Below, in pieces: positions 10,811 through 19,308 of a DNA stretch of 64,000 bases. The notes beneath the pieces were generated by a model, which saw only the letters and a program-made list of their open reading frames with translations, ran no database searches and was not told where the DNA came from. How positions within the stretch are numbered: the first letter of the stretch is position 1; each line of letters opens with the position of its first letter. The stretch covers positions 153,427 to 217,426 of the forward strand of contig JAFLSY010000005.1 in assembly GCA_022510745.1 (NCBI GenBank), given 5' to 3'. This DNA comes from Lachnospiraceae bacterium (GTDB lineage: Bacteria; Bacillota; Clostridia; Lachnospirales; Lachnospiraceae). The position numbers and the translations under genes were made by a program.

Positions 10811-10880
10811 ACAAACTCAAATACAAGAATTTTATTATTGAAACAAATATATTTAATGAGAATAGCAGTTCTGTCGCAAA

Positions 10881-10946
10881 CACGTGGAGACGGTATGTTT
10901 ATTGTCCAAACTAAATGTCGAGCATCACATCGAGGTGGAATTAAAC
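10881..10946 (+). other. att-like remnant: copy of the rlmD-3'-end/element-left-end junction
   Basis: CACGTGGAGACGGTATGTTTATTGTCCAAACTAAATGTCGAGCATCACATCGAGGTGGAATTAAAC is nearly identical to 40534-40599. It reads HVETVCLLSKLNVEHHIEVELN and then a stop. Confidence 0.6.
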
Positions 10947-11023
10947 TAATAGCTTTAGACGACTATTTTACGGATTTGATGCAAATATATTGCAGTTATG
11001 ATGTGTACATAGGAGAATGCCAA

Positions 11024-13384
11024 GTGAAAAGATATCTTCTTTTGGGAAAAAATGTCCTGTTTACGCTTTTATTGTGGGGCATGATGTTCATGATGGCGGG
11101 CTGCAGCCAACAGAAGGATGGTGCAGCGGATACAGGAAAAGCTTTACAAACGGATAAAACAGACACAAGTAATGACCAAGGTATGCTTTCGGAGCAGGCA
11201 TCTGACGAAGAGGCATTGCAGTTTGGGAACGCAGACGCAGACCCCCGGGAGGCTGAGACGGAATATCCCATTATTACGGAAATAGATGCCCGTTGGTTGG
11301 ATCATGTGATAGAGTCAGAGGGGATATATTGCGTTTATGTGGACGACAAATATGGTTTTCTGACGGATGCCGGGGAAGAGATCACACCTTTTGTCTATGA
11401 GGAGGCTGCTCCCTTCAACGAAGGCCTTGCCTGCGTGTGTGTGGATGGAAAATATGGCTATATTGATAAAAACGGGAACACGGCACTGGAATTTATCTAC
11501 GATTATGCAACCCCTTTTGTGGAAGGCCTGGCCTATTTTGCCATAGAGGATTCCTACGGTTTTATGGACAAAAACGGGGAGCCTGTGTTTTATCTGGACT
11601 GTGACAGTGTCAGTTCTTTTCAGGAGGGGCTGGCCTATTTCAGCTTGGACGGAAAATATGGATATATTGACAATACAGGCACGGTGGCCATTGAGGCTGT
11701 TTATGACGACGCAGATTATTTTCATGGGGGAGTGGCAAAGGTACGTGTGGGAAACCGCTTCGGTGTGATTGACACCTTGGGACGGGAGGTTGTACCCGTG
11801 GTCTATGAGGATGTAGATTTTGAAGAAGGGTATATCATAGCGTCAAAGGATGGGCAGAACTATTTATATGGGTCCGATGACACAAGTGCAGGCATAGGCG
11901 GCTGGCGGCTTTTGCTGGAAGGGGAGAGCATTTACATTTTAAGTTCGGATGGCAGGGATATTTTCCGCTTGTACAAGAATGGGAAGGAATACCTAGCAGA
12001 TGCGTCAGGTGAGTTGCTGTTTGAATCGGATGACAGATACCGATATGGGGTCATAGGAAATATGAGGTATCTGGTGGCAGAGCGAAGGGATGAAGAAAAC
12101 TCTTATGAAGTTTTAGATCTGCAGGGAAATGTGGTGGTTCCCAGTGGAGTATATGATTACATTAAAAGCTATGGATTCAGCGTCGTTATGGATGCAGAAC
12201 TCATAGAGGTGCAAAAGGACGGGAAATCAGGATTTCTGGACCCTGTGGATATGACTTTGAAAATCCCCATGATATATGAGGATGTGGGAGGCTTTGAGGA
12301 CGGTCATGCATGGGTGATGCAGGACGGAATGTACGGGGTCATTGACAGGGAGGGTAATCTGATCCGGCCCATAGAGTATGAAAAGGTACGTCTTTATGAG
12401 AATGGAGCCATGGCACTCTGGAAGGATGGGATGGTCAGCTTATATAATTCACAGAGTGAACTGCTGTACCAAGCCTCCAACTGTAAATATATCACTTTGT
12501 CCGAGCAGTGTTATGAGGTGGAACTGGAGCGTGGCACCGGATATGTTACGCTCAGTGGCAAACCTGTAGATGCAAAGTATTTTGATTATACCCGGAATGT
12601 TTACAGTCAACCAAATCTCAGTATAGGAGGCAGGTATGGGGCTGACAGCAATTACGCTATCGTGAAGACCGGCCCTACGGAGGTGTCCGTTACGGAAATC
12701 GGCGGTGCTCTTTTGAAAAATGCGATCACCCCCAGAATCCCAGCGTTTAACCAACTGTTTCTGGAGCGTATGAACCATCGGCCGAATGAAGAACAGGATA
12801 CCTGGGACTGGGGAATAGGAGGATGTTCCTGGCCTCAATTTCGTTCGTATGCCGTGGATGGCTGTGACAACCCGATTTTGTTTTATAATGAGGAGCCATA
12901 TAGCTACACGAATTTTCCGCTTTCCTCCAGCGCTTTTTATCAACTGTATAATGACCAAGCGGTGCAGATCCTCTCCGGATATCAATGTGGCGGCTCCGAA
13001 CGTGGGGATTATGCCGTGCTCTGGTATGACAGGGAGACAGGGCAGGTGCTGCCGGGACTTCAAGGAGGCTGGGGAGGCTTTGGCGGCTATGCCTCCGGAG
13101 GATATATTTATAAATGTGACGGGACAGTTTTTAATGAAGCGGCGTCATACTATACCGTAGGTCAGGACTTCGGAAATTACTATTACAGACATGAAGAGCT
13201 GCTTGCAACGCCGGAGTTGTTCTATGATGACTATGACGTGCCCTATAACTCGGACAATATCTTGGATGCGGACAGTATAACGGAGTATGAGGTAGACGGG
13301 GAACGGACAACTGTGGAGAACTATCAAAGGCAGAAGGACCGATACGAAATACTGGGCAGCCAATGGTATACCGGATGGTATTAA
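11024..13384 (+). CDS. WG-repeat (KWG-type) lipoprotein
   Basis: Repeated units of the form YGF(I/M)DKNGE...(P/I)xYDxAxxFxEGLA. Start set to GTG 11024 (VKRYLLLGK...MMAGC lipobox) after AGGAGA; the upstream part of the ORF-track ORF is the att-like remnant. Confidence 0.8.
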   Translation: MKRYLLLGKNVLFTLLLWGMMFMMAGCSQQKDGAADTGKALQTDKTDTSNDQGMLSEQASDEEALQFGNADADPREAETEYPIITEIDARWLDHVIESEGIYCVYVDDKYGFLTDAGEEITPFVYEEAAPFNEGLACVCVDGKYGYIDKNGNTALEFIYDYATPFVEGLAYFAIEDSYGFMDKNGEPVFYLDCDSVSSFQEGLAYFSLDGKYGYIDNTGTVAIEAVYDDADYFHGGVAKVRVGNRFGVIDTLGREVVPVVYEDVDFEEGYIIASKDGQNYLYGSDDTSAGIGGWRLLLEGESIYILSSDGRDIFRLYKNGKEYLADASGELLFESDDRYRYGVIGNMRYLVAERRDEENSYEVLDLQGNVVVPSGVYDYIKSYGFSVVMDAELIEVQKDGKSGFLDPVDMTLKIPMIYEDVGGFEDGHAWVMQDGMYGVIDREGNLIRPIEYEKVRLYENGAMALWKDGMVSLYNSQSELLYQASNCKYITLSEQCYEVELERGTGYVTLSGKPVDAKYFDYTRNVYSQPNLSIGGRYGADSNYAIVKTGPTEVSVTEIGGALLKNAITPRIPAFNQLFLERMNHRPNEEQDTWDWGIGGCSWPQFRSYAVDGCDNPILFYNEEPYSYTNFPLSSSAFYQLYNDQAVQILSGYQCGGSERGDYAVLWYDRETGQVLPGLQGGWGGFGGYASGGYIYKCDGTVFNEAASYYTVGQDFGNYYYRHEELLATPELFYDDYDVPYNSDNILDADSITEYEVDGERTTVENYQRQKDRYEILGSQWYTGWY

Positions 13385-13419
13385 GAAGTGACCGGAGTTA
13401 TGGGTGAGAGGAAGGCAAT

Positions 13420-14532
13420 ATGAAACAAAAGCGAAGAGCCGTGATTCAGCTGGTACTATTGTCAGCAGCACTTTTTGCGGGCTGCGGCAGGGCGGTTGAA
13501 GCGGATATTGCAGAGAATCATAAAAGGTCGGTGGCAGAAGAAAGCGGAACTGATGCGGCAGATCCCGTAGAATTGACGCTTTTGGTAAGAATTACCCAAA
13601 ACAGACCTGACGGAACATCTGTTGTGAGAGATGAATATGAGTACGACAAAGAAGGAAACCTGGTCAAGAGAAGGGATTACTTTTGGTATGGTCCGATTCA
13701 ATATGAGTACGAGTACGATACGGCTGGACATTACATAAAATGGATCAGCTACTACCCCGATGGCAGGATTATTAGTTGGATGGAATACGAATACGATCTG
13801 TCGGGTAATCTGATCAAGCATAGCAGCCATCTTGCGGATGGCAGTATAAAATGGTGCACGGAATATGAATTTGATTTATCAGGAAATGAGATAGGTTCTA
13901 TATCCTATAGTCGGGATGGAGTTGACAATCATAGATATGTATATGAGTATGATGCTGCCGGTAACCTGATCAAAGAAACAAGATATGACGGAGACAGTGA
14001 CAGCCTTTCTTTTTGGTATGAATATGAATATGATGCGGCGGGCAGGCGGATCAAGGAAACCAGTTATGCCTCAGATGGAAAAATCATTAGCAGTACAGAA
14101 TATGACCAGAGTAGTTCTATTAACGAAGAAGATGATCTTGGATGGTGGATTGAGTGGGAATATGATGACTCCGGCAATCTGATAAAGGATCTTATTCATT
14201 ATGAGAATGGTAACGTGGAAGGACAGGGCTGGGAGTATGATGCTGCCGGTAATGAGATCATGTGGTTTATCTATAACCCTGATGGCAGTATCGGACATCG
14301 GGTAGAGAAAGAATATGATTCATCCGGCAATTTGATTAAGGCTACTACTGGCTGGGGCGACCGTCTTGATGATTGGACAGAGTATGAATATGATGCTGCC
14401 GGTAACCTGATTAAATATACTGTTTATCAGGCGAATGGTGATATCGATTATTGGATGGATTATGAATATGTAACCGTTCAGATTGGCATGGAGACATCAG
14501 AACCGACGGGTGGAAGAAATCAGAAAAAGTGA
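13420..14532 (+). CDS. YD/RHS-like repeat lipoprotein
   Basis: Signal peptide with an LFAGC lipobox, then about a dozen EYEYDxxGNLIK-type YD repeats. No toxin domain is visible. Confidence 0.7.
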   Translation: MKQKRRAVIQLVLLSAALFAGCGRAVEADIAENHKRSVAEESGTDAADPVELTLLVRITQNRPDGTSVVRDEYEYDKEGNLVKRRDYFWYGPIQYEYEYDTAGHYIKWISYYPDGRIISWMEYEYDLSGNLIKHSSHLADGSIKWCTEYEFDLSGNEIGSISYSRDGVDNHRYVYEYDAAGNLIKETRYDGDSDSLSFWYEYEYDAAGRRIKETSYASDGKIISSTEYDQSSSINEEDDLGWWIEWEYDDSGNLIKDLIHYENGNVEGQGWEYDAAGNEIMWFIYNPDGSIGHRVEKEYDSSGNLIKATTGWGDRLDDWTEYEYDAAGNLIKYTVYQANGDIDYWMDYEYVTVQIGMETSEPTGGRNQKK

Positions 14533-14560
14533 CCGGAGTTAAGGGCGTGAGGAAAGCAAT

Positions 14561-15080
14561 ATGAAACAAAAGCGGAGAAGCAGATAATACGGAGCCAAAC
14601 GGCGCGGAAGAAGTGTGGGATATTGAGACAGTATCTGATGAGACAGGCGAAGAACTGCTGGCGAATTGTGATGATGTAGAAAAATTGATTCTTCTGGCGA
14701 GAATTATATACTATAACCCTGATTGAACATCGACTGTAGAATGTGAATATGAGTACGACTCTTCAGGAAACAAAACCGGAGAACTTATATATGATTCGCC
14801 CGAAAACCCAACAAAAGAAATGGCAACGTATTATAATGCGGATGGCAGTATTAGTGGGTGGGCTGAACAGGAATACGATGCACTCGGTAATAGAACCAGA
14901 GAGATTTCCTATGATGCAGACGGCAATGTGGAGAGGAGAGGGTGGAGGGAATGGGAGTATGATGAGTGCGGCAACTGTACTAAGGAAATCTGGTATGAAC
15001 CGGATGGCAGTATTAGGTATTGGAAAGAGTATGAGTACATAACATTGGCTGTGATTTCAGAAGAGAATTTGTATGATTAA
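14561..15080 (+). pseudogene. decayed tandem paralog of the YD-repeat lipoprotein
   Basis: The upstream region plus MKQKRR start (14530-14582) repeats 13388-13440, but the ORF stops after 8 codons. Downstream YD repeats (ORFs 14743.., 14820..15080) are broken by stops such as NPD-TGA at 14726. Confidence 0.7.
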
Positions 15081-15452
15081 TTTCTGAGCGGTGAGCAATG
15101 TGTAGGTGATGATGAACTTGTCATAATACAGTCTTTTTTCTAAAGTCCGTGGCTTTACAATGTGACAAAAAACGGAGAATTTATTTATCGGGCGGATACA
15201 GGTACCACCATAGGGGACTTTTATCGTTATTTTGAGATAGATTCGGCTGGAAATCCTATAAATGAAGTCACTTTTGAATGGACTGACATAAATGAGAATC
15301 TTTTTTGCGATGAAAATGATGAATTTATATATGATAATCGTTCATGCACAAAAGAGGAGTGGATTAGGTATTGTGAGTAAAAAATCAGGTAGAGTGAAAA
15401 AGGATAATATTATGAAAAGAAGAGCCAAATGGATTTATTGTGTTATAGAATG

Positions 15453-15547
15453 ATATTAAAAAGCTGATTACTCTGTTAGAGGTAAATTTGTAAAGGAGGC
15501 TCGTATGGCGAATGTGTATGAAAGTATTTTAGCAGGCTTAACGGAGG
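15453..15547 (+). repeat. remnant second copy of toxin-3'-end / antitoxin-5'-end junction
   Basis: About 95 nt that aligns by eye with 10441-10535 (roughly 85 percent identity), including AAGGAGG and MANVYESILAGLTE, then truncated against the methyltransferase gene. Confidence 0.75.
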
Positions 15548-15553
15548 TTTTTT

Positions 15554-16339
15554 ATGAGTGCGATCAATGATAAGGACATAGTTCAAAAACAATATGAAAA
15601 CGCAGCAAACTTAAATACAAGAATTTCTATCCATGATAAATACTCTGTAAATAAGCAGGGATTTGGAAATTGGATTGTATCTAACTATCAGATAACGGAT
15701 GGAATGCGGGTATTAGAACTTGGTTGTGGTACAGGAACTATGTGGAGAAACCATGTAAATCTTATAACAAAATGCTCTGAACTGGTGCTTACAGATTTTT
15801 CGGAAGGCATGATCAAGGCTGCCCAGGATAATATCGGAGATATTTCTAATATTTCCTATCAAGTGGTCGATATTCAGGAAATACCTTTTGAAGCAAATTG
15901 TTTTGATGTCGTAATAGCAAATATGATGTTATATCATGTTCCTGATTTGGGAAAGGGCCTGTCCGAGGTGAAAAGAGTATTAAAAGAAAATGGCAAGTTT
16001 TATTGCGCCACATATGGAGAACATGGTATTACACCGTTTATTTCCGAATTGCTAAAACCGTACGGAGTAGAAGATTACGTAAACAAAAATTTTACGCTGC
16101 AAAATGGAAAAGAAATACTGGAACAATATTTTGCATCGGTAGAAAAGCTGGAATACATTGACGCATTAGAAGTTACGAATATAGATGATATTTTGGATTA
16201 CATATATTCTCTTTCCGGTATGACGGGGCTTCATGTTATAAAGAGAGATGTTGTGAAAGAAGTTTTAAAAGAAAATATGGCAGATGGTATTTTAAGAGTC
16301 CCTAAAGAATATGGGATGTTTATTAGTACGCTCTTTTAA
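15554..16339 (+). CDS. class I SAM-dependent methyltransferase
   Basis: VLELGCGTG motif I and DVVIANMMLYHV. 261 aa. Confidence 0.85.
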   Translation: MSAINDKDIVQKQYENAANLNTRISIHDKYSVNKQGFGNWIVSNYQITDGMRVLELGCGTGTMWRNHVNLITKCSELVLTDFSEGMIKAAQDNIGDISNISYQVVDIQEIPFEANCFDVVIANMMLYHVPDLGKGLSEVKRVLKENGKFYCATYGEHGITPFISELLKPYGVEDYVNKNFTLQNGKEILEQYFASVEKLEYIDALEVTNIDDILDYIYSLSGMTGLHVIKRDVVKEVLKENMADGILRVPKEYGMFISTLF

Positions 16340-16387
16340 CATTTGTATTGTAGTAGGATAAATCCGGATTTATAGAGGTTGCGCTAG

Positions 16388-16930
16388 ATGACTAACATAT
16401 CAATTATAGAAGATGAACATAGAAAAAAGATGATAAATACAGTAAATCAGATTCCGAAGGGAATACCTTTAGGTTGGGAATGCCATACGCTGGCTGTTGG
16501 CGGGTTGATGTACATAGGCTTTTCAGATGTAGAAACGGAGAAGCTTATATGTATTTCTTCAGAGGTACAATCTGTTATTAATTGTAAGACAATGCAGAAA
16601 ACTGATTGTGATGAAAACTACGATGAGAATGATTTGATTGCATATGCGGAGGAACTTGGGGATGAAATAATAAAAATTGCCGGAGATATGGGTGGTGGAT
16701 TGAGGAAATATTCTAAAGAAGGAATTTCTTTACAAAAGATTTCTCCGTATTGGCCCAAGGAACAAATTATTTTTTGTCCTAATTTTGAATCTCCATATAA
16801 TGCGCCGGATAAATGCTGCAATGTATTTGAAGATTATGGAGTAAAGGCATATGGTTTCAGCAAATGTGGTAAATATTTTATTATAGCAACATCAAGTGAT
16901 TTAATGGTTTATAAAAGGATTGAGATTTGA
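16388..16930 (+). CDS. hypothetical protein
   Basis: 180 aa ORF in the same-strand gene array. No motif recognised. Confidence 0.5.
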   Translation: MTNISIIEDEHRKKMINTVNQIPKGIPLGWECHTLAVGGLMYIGFSDVETEKLICISSEVQSVINCKTMQKTDCDENYDENDLIAYAEELGDEIIKIAGDMGGGLRKYSKEGISLQKISPYWPKEQIIFCPNFESPYNAPDKCCNVFEDYGVKAYGFSKCGKYFIIATSSDLMVYKRIEI

Positions 16931-17020
16931 GGAACTAAAAAATTATTCTCTTTTACATTTGTATTGTTAGTGATGTAAATTGGATTTATATATAAATTAA
17001 ATTAGTAATGAGAGGGTAAA

Positions 17021-17539
17021 GTGAAAACAAAGCACGTAATTGTAGAGCCATATAATGAAATTTGGGCAAAAGAATTTGAAAAAATAAAAACAGAAATTGA
17101 ACCTGTTCTTACAAATCTTTGTCTTGGAATTGAACATATAGGAAGTACATCTGTGATAGGCTTATCTGCTAAGCCTATTATTGATATTGATGTTGTTATT
17201 AAAGATTATTCCGTATTTCCGGAAGTTATAAAAAAGCTCAATTCAATTGGGTATATTCACAAGGGAGATTTAGGAATTAAGGATAGAGAAGCATTTAAAT
17301 ACACGGATAAAACTCATTTACATCAACATCATTTATATGTGTGCCCAAAAGATTCAAAGGAGTTACAACGTCATATTACTTTTAGGGATTTTTTGCGCTC
17401 ACATCCGGAATCCGTTAAAGAATATAGTAAGATTAAGGAAGAAGCAGCTAAATTGTATCCGGATAGCATCGAAAAATACATGGAATACAAATCAACATGT
17501 ATTGCCAAGTTATACTCTTTATGCGGATTAGATGTATAG
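17021..17539 (+). CDS. GrpB family protein
   Basis: IEHIGSTSV...AKPIIDIDVVI and HHLYVC motifs typical of the GrpB/UPF0157 nucleotidyltransferase fold. GTG start after GAGGG. Confidence 0.8.
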   Translation: MKTKHVIVEPYNEIWAKEFEKIKTEIEPVLTNLCLGIEHIGSTSVIGLSAKPIIDIDVVIKDYSVFPEVIKKLNSIGYIHKGDLGIKDREAFKYTDKTHLHQHHLYVCPKDSKELQRHITFRDFLRSHPESVKEYSKIKEEAAKLYPDSIEKYMEYKSTCIAKLYSLCGLDV

Positions 17540-17840
17540 GAAGATTTCAATACGCAAGACTGAAAATATATGCGCCCGAGGAAAGTGATTTGCATGAAAT
17601 CACACTGACCTATATCAAGAAGCTTGACAATAACGGAGCGTGGGATTTTGATGTGCAGCATATTGACGATGAAAATTTGAATATCATCACCTTCAAATGG
17701 AATGGCACAGTGTGTGCCTTAGATGCAATAGCAGAACTACATTTTCATTGTGAGCATACAATAAAATCCAAATGGGGAATAGAGCCATAAGGAGCACAAA
17801 TGTAAAGAGGGGTAAAATTAAAAAGCGTAGAGAAGAAAAT

Positions 17841-18614
17841 ATGAATACATTAGAAACCATAACAGAAGCTTTCGTAAAGGAGAGCAGGGAAATCTTGGGT
17901 GACAATCTGGTCGGGGTGTATCTTCATGGCTCTGCAGTAATGGAGTGCTTTAATGAAAAGAAAAGTGATATTGATTTACTGGTTGTTGTCAATGAGGCGC
18001 TTTCGGATGAGATAAAAAAGCGGTATATGGATATGGTTCTAAGGATGAATACAGATGCTCCGGAAAAAGGAATTGAAATGAGCATCGTAAGGAAAGAAGT
18101 GTGCAAGCCTTTTGTTTACCCAACTCCGTTTGAACTGCATTTTTCCCTTGCACACTTGGAATGGTACAAAGCAGATCCGGCAGATTATGTGGCGAAAATG
18201 AAGGGCACAGACAAAGATTTGGCTGCGCATTTTATGATTATTTATCATCGGGGGAAATGCCTTTATGGGAAAGAAATCCAAAATGTCTTTGAGAAGGTCA
18301 GCAGGGAAAATTATTTTGACAGTATTTTGTCTGACATAGCGGACGCAGAGGAGGATATTATAACTAATCCTGTCTATATGGTCTTGAATCTGTGCAGAGT
18401 GCTTGCTTATAAAAGGGAAGGACTCATTTTATCTAAGAAAGAGGGCGGAGAATGGGCATTAAAAGATTTACCGGTGAAATACCATGCATTGATATTACAG
18501 GCGCTGGGTGAATATACGGCTGATGCAGTGAAAGAATGGAATGAAACGGACACCGGAGAATTTGCCCGGTATATGTTAGAAGAAATATTAAATAGAGGAA
18601 ATTTTATGTTTTGA
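17841..18614 (+). CDS. aminoglycoside nucleotidyltransferase-like protein (ANT(3'')/ANT(9)-type, NTP_transf + DUF4111)
   Basis: LVGVYLHGSAVMECFNEKKSDIDLLVVV nucleotidyltransferase motif with an AadA-like helical C-terminal domain. Start at ATG 17841 (MNTLETI). Confidence 0.75.
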   Translation: MNTLETITEAFVKESREILGDNLVGVYLHGSAVMECFNEKKSDIDLLVVVNEALSDEIKKRYMDMVLRMNTDAPEKGIEMSIVRKEVCKPFVYPTPFELHFSLAHLEWYKADPADYVAKMKGTDKDLAAHFMIIYHRGKCLYGKEIQNVFEKVSRENYFDSILSDIADAEEDIITNPVYMVLNLCRVLAYKREGLILSKKEGGEWALKDLPVKYHALILQALGEYTADAVKEWNETDTGEFARYMLEEILNRGNFMF

Positions 18615-18625
18615 AAGGAAAAAGA

Positions 18626-19167
18626 ATGTATTTATATCACTATTTTGATAAAAGACGGGACCTTTTAGAAATTTATCTGAATTGTCAATAGAAGAAGCAA
18701 AATCGGTACTGAATGAGATCAGGGATACGAAGCCCCATTCCCAATGTGCCTCCCGACATGACAAGTATGTGGAATACCGGCGTAATTGTGAAAATATTCT
18801 TCGTACTGAATTTGCAAAAAAGGGAGGACTCATGACCAGACAGGTTCCCCACTATATGGTAGTGGAACACAGTCCTTGGTTGAGTACATGGTATGAGGAT
18901 TGTGCTTTTGTTAAAATTCCTATTGAAGAATTTGATTTAAGAACCTTATCCTTTACTTATGGGGATTCCATGCCTACATTCAGTCCGGCAGTCAAAGATG
19001 ATAAAGAATATCGACACAAGCTTTATACATACAATGAAATTTTGGAAATCATTGATAAGTATGGGCTGCCCCAAGATTGGAACGATGACGGAAAGTTTGG
19101 TCCGGAACGTTATATTGAGGTGCATATTTGGAGCGACGAAACAATTAAAAAATATCTTGAGGTTTAG
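18626..19167 (+). pseudogene. hypothetical protein, probable frameshift in an A-run near the 5' end
   Basis: ATG 18626 reads MYLYHYFDK. The long ORF (open from 18652, track start 18682) is in a different frame, and one extra A in the run at 18650-18653 would join them. Confidence 0.35.
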
Positions 19168-19234
19168 TTAGCCAAATCCCAATTTATCATAGGAGCACTT
19201 TTATAAAATGAGTTTTGTATATTATAAAATGAGT

Positions 19235-19296
19235 GAGAATCGCAATTCTGCCAAGCAAACAAAAATCAATGTGTTTGCGGCAGAGCTGCGATTCTC
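19235..19296. terminator. long imperfect hairpin downstream of dapL (possible bidirectional terminator)
   Basis: GAGAATCGCA...TGCGATTCTC with inner GCAAACA/TGTTTGC pairing, sited 13 nt beyond the dapL stop. The U-run is weak. Confidence 0.45.
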
Positions 19297-19308
19297 TGTT
19301 ACATAATC

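Noticed and set aside
10838-11023. N-terminal 62 codons of the ORF-track version of the WG-repeat gene
   Set aside because: This part is the att-like junction remnant read in another frame. A GTG with an AGGAGA RBS at 11024 starts a proper lipoprotein signal peptide.
12449-13063. 204 aa minus-strand ORF
   Set aside because: It is antisense to the WG-repeat lipoprotein gene and has no RBS or motifs.
15162-15380. 72 aa ORF after the decayed YD-repeat gene
   Set aside because: It has a GTG start without an RBS and lies in debris between a pseudogene and the toxin-antitoxin junction remnant. It is probably a gene fragment.
17497-17790. 97 aa ORF between GrpB and the ANT-like gene
   Set aside because: It overlaps the GrpB 3' end and has no clear RBS for any internal start and no motifs. 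It could be a small real gene, but I cannot support it.
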